DNA from: Bdellovibrionota bacterium
GTDB lineage: Bacteria; Bdellovibrionota_C; UBA2361; OMII01
Direction: 5' to 3'
Assembly: GCA_044356215.1 (NCBI GenBank)
Contig: JBIKWQ010000017.1
Coordinates: 1 to 47,864, forward strand
Length of the DNA: 47,864 bases
A model generated the notes under the pieces. That model saw only the letters and a list, made by a program, of their open reading frames with translations, was not told where the DNA came from and searched no databases. Below are positions 20,114-28,008 of the stretch, piece after piece (positions within the stretch are counted from its first letter, which is position 1; every line of letters starts with the position of its first letter). A program made the translations under genes and the position numbers.

Positions 20114-20827
20114 TTAAGTCTCTCGATCCGCGCTAATAAAGATCGACTGTGACAACATCCGAGCGAATGGAATACGCTCGAGAATATCGCCCATAAGTAT
20201 AGATGGTTGCACAAGTATTTTAGGGATCCCTGGGACCAAGAAATCTCGGTATTCAACCTGAATATTCACAAAACCAACCTTCCCTAGGAGGCCCTCTATG
20301 AAAGACTTTGAGAAAGCCATCTCATCTGGCTCAAGGCGCGCTAGTTTCCTAAAAGGCGCGTAAGAGAAAATTAAGTATATATAGGGATTAAAGAGATTCG
20401 GCTCAAGAAAAACAATCCTACCTCCTGGTCTAAGTAGATCATGAATCGCCCTTAGGCAGTCCTCTAGCTGATAAAAAAGGTGGTGCAGGATCCCGTTACC
20501 AACCAGATAGTCAAATCTCTCGTGCTCTTCGATATGAATCTTCGTGAAATCGACAACATCAAAGGTAAGTTTCGGGTATCGGTAGTCCACTCGAGCTGTC
20601 TCTATGAAGGTTGGAGAACAGTCAATGCCTTTTACGAACATCCCGCTTTTCTTAGCGATGGAGTAGGCCATCGCTCCCGTTCCACACCCTATCTCTAGAA
20701 CGCGCTTTTCCGAGTCACTATCCATTCGGGAGAGCATATAGTCACATCGGCGCTCGTATCGCGCGCGTGTGCTAAAGCTGTCCATAAAGCCCTGATTGAA
20801 CCCGTTCTCATCTCTGATCGACGCCAT
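20114..20827 (-). CDS. Class I SAM-dependent methyltransferase
   Basis: VLEIGCGTG, GID, ILHH, LRPGG..EPN. Confidence 0.88.
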   Translation of the reverse strand: MASIRDENGFNQGFMDSFSTRARYERRCDYMLSRMDSDSEKRVLEIGCGTGAMAYSIAKKSGMFVKGIDCSPTFIETARVDYRYPKLTFDVVDFTKIHIEEHERFDYLVGNGILHHLFYQLEDCLRAIHDLLRPGGRIVFLEPNLFNPYIYLIFSYAPFRKLARLEPDEMAFSKSFIEGLLGKVGFVNIQVEYRDFLVPGIPKILVQPSILMGDILERIPFARMLSQSIFISADRET

Positions 20828-20837
20828 AACTAAAGCT

Positions 20838-21977
20838 CTACCCCACCACCTCCAAATTAGCCCGCGGCACCACAACGGTTTCTCCCGAAAGCTCCGCCAG
20901 CCGAACCAGCGCCACCCTAGCTAGCGCGCCAGTCGCTATCTCCTTAGGCTCCTTCGGCAGCTCAACTATCTCACCCTGCAGACCAAAATACGGGACCCTG
21001 ATGATTCGCACGCGACCTCCGACTCTAAGAGCACCCTGCATCACTCCGGACCCAGATAGATTGGCGGACTCCAATGAAGACGACCTCGTTGTAATTACCT
21101 CAGGTCTTAAAGCCCCAGCGCGAACTTGCGTGGCACCATTGATTGAGGCCGCGCATCCATGCGCTTGCTGTAGAAGCTTTAGAGCCCGCTCGTTCATCGG
21201 CAGCTCGCCAAACCCCTCCGTAATAATCAGTGTCATCGCTACCGGCTCATCACCAGTTAAAGCGATACCGATATCGTATCCAACGTAACTAGCTAAAGTT
21301 GTATCGTCTATTGATCCTGTGACAAAACCAACGGCACCTCGCTTAGCCGCGAGCTGCAACGCTGCTAGTGTTGGCGAGTGTCCTCCTATAAGGATCTCTC
21401 CTGCGCACGTCTCTGGAATATCAGCCTCAGTAATCTTATTACTGGCTTCAACATTAAGGAGTGAGATGACTCCATTCCGCTCACCACCCACTCCGAAGAT
21501 TCCTTGAACTAAGGTAGCATCAGCCTTTATTACCGCACCCCGGCCATCATCTACGCTTTCAACCTCTCCAGATATGTATGCTCTAACAGAGATCTTGTCT
21601 GCCGGAGCGCGAATCCCAATGTGACCCGTTGCTTGAGATATAAACTCTATTACACCACTAATAGGAGCCTGAGCCTCTGTCTTAAATAACCCCCACAAAC
21701 CACGCATCTGGGCGATTATATCTCCCCTCTCTACATTGTCTCCCGGCTTTACAACGATCTTCTCTATCGCATCTTCAGGGGTAATCCCTAAGATCTCTGG
21801 AATCTTGACGATCCTTAGCTCCCCCTCTCTAAGCGCCTCGGCGATCACTGTTTCTGGATTAACGTTCTCTCCAGGAGAAACCTTTACTGTGCCGGACCTT
21901 GTCGGCAGTTCTCGCCGCTTACGCACCGTTACACTTCCCGACACGCAGAGGCCTGGGGTCAGAGCACCGTTACTCAT
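20838..21977 (-). CDS. Uncharacterised protein with barrel-sandwich-hybrid-like repeats and a C-terminal KOW/SH3-like domain
   Basis: VKVSPGENV / VKPGDNVERGDIIA..APISGVI hybrid-motif pattern; LRVGGRVRIIRVPYFGLQGEI..VPRANLE at the C-terminus. Confidence 0.7.
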   Translation of the reverse strand: MSNGALTPGLCVSGSVTVRKRRELPTRSGTVKVSPGENVNPETVIAEALREGELRIVKIPEILGITPEDAIEKIVVKPGDNVERGDIIAQMRGLWGLFKTEAQAPISGVIEFISQATGHIGIRAPADKISVRAYISGEVESVDDGRGAVIKADATLVQGIFGVGGERNGVISLLNVEASNKITEADIPETCAGEILIGGHSPTLAALQLAAKRGAVGFVTGSIDDTTLASYVGYDIGIALTGDEPVAMTLIITEGFGELPMNERALKLLQQAHGCAASINGATQVRAGALRPEVITTRSSSLESANLSGSGVMQGALRVGGRVRIIRVPYFGLQGEIVELPKEPKEIATGALARVALVRLAELSGETVVVPRANLEVVG

Positions 21978-23824
21978 AAAACTCCCCCACTTATCTCAGA
22001 GACTCCGGACTCGTTAATAAGTCCTAATCTCTGATAAACTTCTCTCTGCGCCGAAATAGTAAAACTTTCAGGAGAGAACGGCCTGTTACGACCATCTACT
22101 ATCACACCCTCTGCTCCCAATTTAACGACCCGTTCTACGGTCTTGCCAGCTCCCCCGCCTAAATTAACCTGCCTGTGCCTCGGCACCACTTTTAGGCGCG
22201 CCTCTAGCGCCTCATCCTTCGATACGAAGCGATGCACATCCCCAGCTATCACTTCACCTAGCTTGGTATCATTAATAAATATATCGGCTAGAACCTCTCC
22301 TTTTTTAAAGCTCTTTGGATAAACAGGAACAACCGCGACACCTATATAAACAACGCAATCGCGCTCAAAGATCTCCTGAGCTGCCGCTGGGTGGACAGAT
22401 GAGAACACCCCTAGGTGAGGTAACATAAAGATCGAATCAACCGCGAGCTGCGTGACCCCTTCTAGCCCAAATCCATCAATCATCATTAACGCGGCTTGTG
22501 ATCTAAGCGGCGCGTGGCTAAGCACACCACCAGAACCGATTACAGTGTCGAGCGCCAACATGTTAACTAACTCATAGCGATCCGAACCCTGCTTAAATAC
22601 ATCCGCGATCCCGCGTTCAGCGGTTCGAGACTCTACTCCTATAGCTAATGAGCGGTGATGCTTAAGCGATAAACTCAACGCCTCGCGGCAAACTGCCTGC
22701 TCAAGCCAGAGATCCTCTAGGGTCTGAGGAATTGAGGTCGGCCTAATCATTTTGTTACGAAGTCTATCGCGCAGCTCGCTGTCTTTAATCTCAAATGGCA
22801 GCCAACGCCTAATTCCCGCGACGCCTGCTTCTACTAAGACATTCGCCACAGAGTAACTCATTCCTAAATTGGCGCTCACTGTGCGGTTTGATGTCTGCTT
22901 ACCACTTTGATCGCGAAATACCGAGAAAACATCGGTCGTCGCCCCGCCTATATCAACGCACAGAACACTCTGCCCTGTGCGCTGCGCGAATGTGTTTACC
23001 ATATCGCCAACGGCTGCCGGAGTTGGCATCACCGCCACCGGAGTCCAAGAGAGTAGCTTTGAGTAACCGGGCGAATGACTCATCACATGCGAGAGGAAAA
23101 GCTCATGAATCGCCTCTCTCGCTGGTCCGATATTCTCACGATCTAAAGCTGGTCTAACGTTATCAACAACTATCACTTGGGCTATCTTACTTAAGATATC
23201 TTTAACGTGGCTGGCCGCGTCCTTATTTCCAGCGTAGATAACTGGTAAAGTAAGGGTATCACCAAACCGCGGACGGGGCGCGGCTGCGACTAAGATCTCA
23301 GCCATCTCGACAACGTGAGTGGCCGATCCACCATCAATTCCACCTGTAATAAGCACAATATCTGGCTTTATATGACGGATCCTCTCAATTCTCTCGTGGT
23401 CCTCGCGCCCATCATCAGCCGACACCGCCTCCATTACTATGGCACCCGCGCCAAGCGCGGCCCTCTCAGCGGACTCGGTTGAAAAAGTACGCACGACTCC
23501 CGCGACTAACATCTGCAAGCCCCCACCGGCGGAGCTTGTTGAGAGATATAGATCAATCCCGCGGCTTGGATCGGCGTCTGTTATTATAAAGCTATCATCG
23601 TCATTTAGGATCGCGCGACCGCTAAGCTCCTGAACCTCTTTAAACGAATTGAGAGCCCCAACTGTGACATCGGCTACTGGCTCCTCAACTGTAGTCGGAG
23701 CCTCACCGCGACCGGTCTGCCTCCAACCATCTCTAGTTAATTCAAATAGCAGCGCCTTAGTTGTGGTAGAGCCACAATCAGTAACCAAGACTGTCTTTAG
23801 ACTCGCTGGATTAACTCGCATCAT
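21974..23824 (-). CDS. GlmL/MutL-like (glutamate mutase L family) ASKHA-fold ATPase
   Basis: Phosphate-1 DCGSTTTK, SSAGGGL, phosphate-2 DIGGATTDVFS, RTVSANLGMSYS, adenosine motif GSGGVL. Confidence 0.85.
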   Translation of the reverse strand: MMRVNPASLKTVLVTDCGSTTTKALLFELTRDGWRQTGRGEAPTTVEEPVADVTVGALNSFKEVQELSGRAILNDDDSFIITDADPSRGIDLYLSTSSAGGGLQMLVAGVVRTFSTESAERAALGAGAIVMEAVSADDGREDHERIERIRHIKPDIVLITGGIDGGSATHVVEMAEILVAAAPRPRFGDTLTLPVIYAGNKDAASHVKDILSKIAQVIVVDNVRPALDRENIGPAREAIHELFLSHVMSHSPGYSKLLSWTPVAVMPTPAAVGDMVNTFAQRTGQSVLCVDIGGATTDVFSVFRDQSGKQTSNRTVSANLGMSYSVANVLVEAGVAGIRRWLPFEIKDSELRDRLRNKMIRPTSIPQTLEDLWLEQAVCREALSLSLKHHRSLAIGVESRTAERGIADVFKQGSDRYELVNMLALDTVIGSGGVLSHAPLRSQAALMMIDGFGLEGVTQLAVDSIFMLPHLGVFSSVHPAAAQEIFERDCVVYIGVAVVPVYPKSFKKGEVLADIFINDTKLGEVIAGDVHRFVSKDEALEARLKVVPRHRQVNLGGGAGKTVERVVKLGAEGVIVDGRNRPFSPESFTISAQREVYQRLGLINESGVSEISGGVL

Positions 23825-24540
23825 CCGATCCCCACAGCGGAACCCACCGCGACGGCCCAGTCTCTAACGATAAACTGAATTCTCTCTACTAAAAGCGCCA
23901 AACGAGCCATAACCGTAGAGCCAAAAAACGCACCGAAACACACCATAAGAAGCGGCCTACCCCAAGTAGCGCTCCGACTCCGTAACGATCCCTCGCGACC
24001 AAAGGTAAAGAAGAAATAATTTAAAACCAGTAGCAAGATCGCTACAAAGAGGGCGTTATTAAGGCTCTCCCAGATAGCCAGAGCTCCTCCCGACTCAAAA
24101 ACCAGGAGTGGTTTGCAGCTACTAACTATCTGCGGGATAACCTCCGAGAAGAAGCCTCTGATCGCTAAAGCTCCACTAGCCCCCAGGGTAAAACCAATCA
24201 CTAGCTTAGCCATCCACGAGTGGCGTCTTGAATAAAGAGTGTAGTAAAGAAGCCCAAAACCGATCGGTATAAGGTATAGAAGATATAGCGGCTGGTAGCG
24301 CTCTGATGTTGTGCCGTCTGGATAATGGGTAATTGTTGAGCCAAGGAGCGGATCGATAATTTGCGGCCAGAAAAAATCACGCAACACTAGAACTGGTGTT
24401 AGCCCGGCGGCGATTCCGATAAAGAGATGCTCAAAAAAACGGTAAAATCCGTTCTCTTTTATTAAAAAGCTAAAGATCGCCAGGGTAGCGATCCCACCAA
24501 CCAGAGTTGATCCGCTGGTCCAGAGAGCTGCGCTATTCAT
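23821..24540 (-). CDS. Uncharacterised integral membrane protein (GlmL-like operon)
   Basis: ~6-7 TM segments; ENGFYRFFEHLFIG and FGAFFGSTVMARL; overlapping start/stop codons with neighbours. Confidence 0.8.
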   Translation of the reverse strand: MNSAALWTSGSTLVGGIATLAIFSFLIKENGFYRFFEHLFIGIAAGLTPVLVLRDFFWPQIIDPLLGSTITHYPDGTTSERYQPLYLLYLIPIGFGLLYYTLYSRRHSWMAKLVIGFTLGASGALAIRGFFSEVIPQIVSSCKPLLVFESGGALAIWESLNNALFVAILLLVLNYFFFTFGREGSLRSRSATWGRPLLMVCFGAFFGSTVMARLALLVERIQFIVRDWAVAVGSAVGIG

Positions 24541-25399
24541 GCCGCCCCCGCTTAAAACGATTTAACAGGGGGATCAGATTTCCAAGCGCTATCAGTAATA
24601 TAATCATAATATGCGCCGCGCTAAGAGCTGTATTGGTAACGAGTAGATCCCGATTATCACTAGCCGGAAAGTTCTTGCGCAAAACTTCCGAATACCAAGC
24701 TGCTCCCGCTATTCCCTCTAACAAACCATTCAACTGCCCGGAGTCCAGGAAAATATACGCTTCAGGGATAGTAATCGAAGTGCACCCGTGAACTAGGGTT
24801 GGACGATACCCCTTCTTCTGAAAGAACTGCACGACTGTGTCAAAAACACCAACTAACCCGGTTACCTCAGCCACTAACTTAACTCGCTCAACCCCACCGA
24901 TCTGAGCGAAACGGGGAAAATGCGCTATCGGCATACCAGTCACGTCACGACCGAGAAACTTTGCAATATCAGGGGCGCTCACTAGAGCCTGAATAAAGAT
25001 CGCCGCACCTGGCTTGTATCCGGCGTTAATCCAATCTTCGCCGTATCTCCATGTCTGCCCCGGATGCTCACGCTCAAGGCGCTGGGCGACCTCTTGCGGT
25101 ACGCGAGTTAGGAAACGCTCTGACTGCTGGTATTGAGACAGGAGTATCACTGGAACTCGTCGCCTTAATAAGTGCTCGATGATCACCACTGCTTGTGGCT
25201 CATTCTCGGCGATCGTATTAGGCCCGAAATCAAGCCACACCATAGCGACCTCACCGGGGGCGAATGTGACTCCTTGCATCACATCATACATCCTCTCGGC
25301 GGATACCATTCGCGATGGGGCTCGTGATATCCCCAAGAAAACTGGAGCGCCAACCGCTAAGATCATCAGCAGATAAATTAACCTTCGGGGGATACTCAC
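24533..25399 (-). CDS. Uncharacterised membrane-anchored protein (TM-soluble-TM)
   Basis: N- and C-terminal TM segments; YGEDWINAGYKPG, SGQLNGLLEGIAGAAWY; ATGA overlap. Confidence 0.8.
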   Translation of the reverse strand: MSIPRRLIYLLMILAVGAPVFLGISRAPSRMVSAERMYDVMQGVTFAPGEVAMVWLDFGPNTIAENEPQAVVIIEHLLRRRVPVILLSQYQQSERFLTRVPQEVAQRLEREHPGQTWRYGEDWINAGYKPGAAIFIQALVSAPDIAKFLGRDVTGMPIAHFPRFAQIGGVERVKLVAEVTGLVGVFDTVVQFFQKKGYRPTLVHGCTSITIPEAYIFLDSGQLNGLLEGIAGAAWYSEVLRKNFPASDNRDLLVTNTALSAAHIMIILLIALGNLIPLLNRFKRGRHE

Positions 25400-26508
25400 T
25401 TCTTATCTCCCCCACTCTTGGCCGATTCGATCGACAACCACATCCGGATCGCCAACATCAATCCAGCGACCCCCGCGCCTAAACGAATCGCTCTAAAAGC
25501 CGCGCTATTAGGCACCTCTAGAAGCCACTGTCTAATCGACGGCATATCCTCGTAAATAACCTTTCCAAAAGAGATCTGACCCAACATTACAACAAGTGCT
25601 GCCGCCATCATCAAACCCGACTCAAATGTTTGAATTCTAAAGGCGCGGTAAGCGGCCGCCGCTATATAGACACCTAAGAGAGCGAACATACTCGCCCCTA
25701 GATGATTAAAGAGCCCGTCGTAAAGGAAATCATAGAGCCTTGAGCTAAACTTAGTCCCGCTCTCTTTTCGCTTCAAGATAGCGTAAGATGAGGCGACCTT
25801 AGCCGCTCGCTGAGATACTTGAGCTAACGCTGATTCATTAGTCGCGTCTAGATTATTCCATTGATTTCCTGATAGCGCGCTTACAGATTCACGCAGGCCT
25901 AACAGCTCTTGCTCACTATCTCTAATTAGCTGTGTGGTAGCTAAATCACCTTGCGCTATCTCAATGATACGGGACTCTTCCGCTTTAATCTTCTCGATAA
26001 TACGAAGCGAATAAGATTCAAGGGCGCTTACCCTTTTACTTAACTCAGGCACCCCAGTTGGAGAGAAGCTCCGTTCGTTTCCCGCGCCTAACTTGGCGTC
26101 TTCTACGATCCGTGCGGCGAAATCACCGATTATCTGCACGTCTCGAATCTTGCTCGCGCTGTGTCGCGTCATCATCCAGTGCGCTAACGTTGAGCCTATC
26201 ATTACTAATAGCCCCAGCAACAAAGCGGCGCTGTACTGCCAGCCTCGTTTCAAGAAGATAAACTTCGACCCGTGAGCCATTAGGATATTTATCACGCCCA
26301 ATCCGATCGCCATCGAGCTAACAGCGATAAAGCCATTTGAGATAGCCTCGTGCGCCGACTTAATTTTAGTTCCCTCGATAATGCTCTCAGGAGTTATGAA
26401 ATAAAGAAAAAAGTAGATACCACCAAGAAATGTGATAACTCTTAAAGCCAGCGCACGAGTATCCCTTCTCACTCCTCCGCCGCTGAGACCTTGATTACGC
26501 TCCTCCAT
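25396..26508 (-). CDS. Uncharacterised integral membrane protein with a helical extracytoplasmic insert
   Basis: 3 TM + ~150-aa helical loop + 3 TM; ASMFALLGVYIAAAAYRAFR, PNSAAFRAI. Confidence 0.8.
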   Translation of the reverse strand: MEERNQGLSGGGVRRDTRALALRVITFLGGIYFFLYFITPESIIEGTKIKSAHEAISNGFIAVSSMAIGLGVINILMAHGSKFIFLKRGWQYSAALLLGLLVMIGSTLAHWMMTRHSASKIRDVQIIGDFAARIVEDAKLGAGNERSFSPTGVPELSKRVSALESYSLRIIEKIKAEESRIIEIAQGDLATTQLIRDSEQELLGLRESVSALSGNQWNNLDATNESALAQVSQRAAKVASSYAILKRKESGTKFSSRLYDFLYDGLFNHLGASMFALLGVYIAAAAYRAFRIQTFESGLMMAAALVVMLGQISFGKVIYEDMPSIRQWLLEVPNSAAFRAIRLGAGVAGLMLAIRMWLSIESAKSGGDKK

Positions 26509-26512
26509 CGCT

Positions 26513-27319
26513 CTATTTGCCCTCCCAACCTAAAGACAAAAGATTAAGGGGTTTAAACCAAGAGAGCTCTGGGAACCAATTTGAAATGGTCGCTGAGATC
26601 ACTCCGACACATATAATCGCTACGATGATTAACTTGAAACGATCCTGCGCCGCTACTGTACCAACCTGAATCGGATCCCGACTAAGATAAGCCGAGGCTC
26701 CAAAAAGCTCCTCACCAATTAAGGTGTAATCACAGGTACAGATAAAGAAAGCGACCTGCTCCGGACTAGCGCTAGCCGCAACCTGTCGTGCTCCAACCTG
26801 TTGTCCTGCCTCGCTTAACACGAGGGATTCAGCGGCGAACGATCCGAACAAAAAAGCCGCTCCTGGCTTCTCGCGGTGCAGGAGCCCCATATACCCCGAA
26901 GCAAACGCGAACTGCTCACTTGAGAGAAACATAATACTCTCAGGATCAAATAATGATGAACGCCCCGCTTCGTTATACGCATCACGTACACTATCCTCAA
27001 CTACAGCCATCGCTTCTGGAGAATACTGTGGAACAAGTAATTTAAGTTTATATTGCGCGACTCTCTTCGCTATCGATCGCAGAACGCCTAAGCACGCATA
27101 GAGAACCGGACCGACATCGGTTAAAGCTGTGGTGAATGAGACAGCGCGCCCCTGCTCGGCGCATCTACCGACTGCGCCTTCTATAGCGTCGACCCCCGGA
27201 ATACGACGGATATTGTGCTCGAATCCTTTATTAATCCGCTTAAACTCACGGAAGAGAAGCAAAAAAGCGGCTACTAGAAGAGCTATTACCGCGGGCGTGG
27301 CGTGTTCTAATCCGTTCAT
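26513..27319 (-). CDS. DUF6754-like membrane protein
   Basis: IRRIPGVDAIEGAVGR..E.GR, QFAFA, AESLVLSEAG, FFICTCDYTLIGEELFGASAYLS; family recognised from memory. Confidence 0.75.
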   Translation of the reverse strand: MNGLEHATPAVIALLVAAFLLLFREFKRINKGFEHNIRRIPGVDAIEGAVGRCAEQGRAVSFTTALTDVGPVLYACLGVLRSIAKRVAQYKLKLLVPQYSPEAMAVVEDSVRDAYNEAGRSSLFDPESIMFLSSEQFAFASGYMGLLHREKPGAAFLFGSFAAESLVLSEAGQQVGARQVAASASPEQVAFFICTCDYTLIGEELFGASAYLSRDPIQVGTVAAQDRFKLIIVAIICVGVISATISNWFPELSWFKPLNLLSLGWEGK

Positions 27320-27624
27320 GCCGCAGGCGCCTCCTCTTTCTGGGCGCCACCACGTTTAAGCTCATCGCGACTACTAGCATTCTCAAGTAGCACAATAAGC
27401 TCCTCTACTCGTTCACTTGAACTTAAGAGCTTGCCGATTACAGGGACTAGCTCCGCTCCAAAGAGTGCTCGTTGGACCCCTTCGGTCGCTCCGTACAACT
27501 CTCTAGCAACACCGGTTAGGGGCTTAAAGCACTCAAGGAAAAAGATCGCGGGCGCTACCATGCGGCGCCTTACAAGAATTTGGGCGACATCCTCAAGGCT
27601 TTGAATTGGCTCGGTTTTTAACAT
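27316..27624 (-). CDS. Small hypothetical protein heading the GlmL-like operon
   Basis: 102-aa ORF with APAIFFLECFKPL..ERVEELIVLLE; ATGA overlap with the DUF6754-like gene. Confidence 0.7.
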   Translation of the reverse strand: MLKTEPIQSLEDVAQILVRRRMVAPAIFFLECFKPLTGVARELYGATEGVQRALFGAELVPVIGKLLSSSERVEELIVLLENASSRDELKRGGAQKEEAPAA

Positions 27625-27682
27625 GGCTAGCGGCTAGGGTAGTAGAATTTAGGGCGGAGGAAAAGTGATTATAGGCAGTGAC

Positions 27683-27834
27683 CGGGGCGCCGCAGTTATT
27701 TTTCAACACAGAGGACGCAGAGGACACAGAGAACGGCTATTTTATGGGCAATTATGGGGCTTTCTCTATGTCCTCTGCGGTCAAAAATTTGACTTATTAT
27801 CGCAGCAGTTTACCAAAAACACTGCGACGCCCTG
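27683..27834 (+). mobile_element. ~160-bp MITE, copy 1
   Basis: TIRs CGGGGCGCCGCAGT / ACTGCGACGCCCTG; internal CAGAGGAC-repeat hairpin; aligns with copies at 31944, 32608 and 38821. Confidence 0.85.
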
Positions 27835-28008
27835 GGAAGCGCCAGGGATGCGGTCCCGAAAAATTCAAGATCCTTTGCTTTTTTGAGCACCTGCAACATT
27901 TTTATCTGCCTTAACTGCTTTCCTTAAGATAATCCGCTCACCCCCTGAAACCAAACCGCGTTAGAGGCATCAGAAGATCTGTAGGATTTATTCTTAGTAG
28001 GTTTTATT

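Noticed and set aside
21974..23824. Annotation as a functional glutamate mutase or as mismatch-repair MutL
   Set aside because: No cobalamin-binding or catalytic mutase subunit is in the window; the motifs are ASKHA, not GHKL.
27665..27914. ORFs 27665-27886 and 27678-27914
   Set aside because: They are translations of MITE copy 1 (TEDAEDTE), not supported genes.
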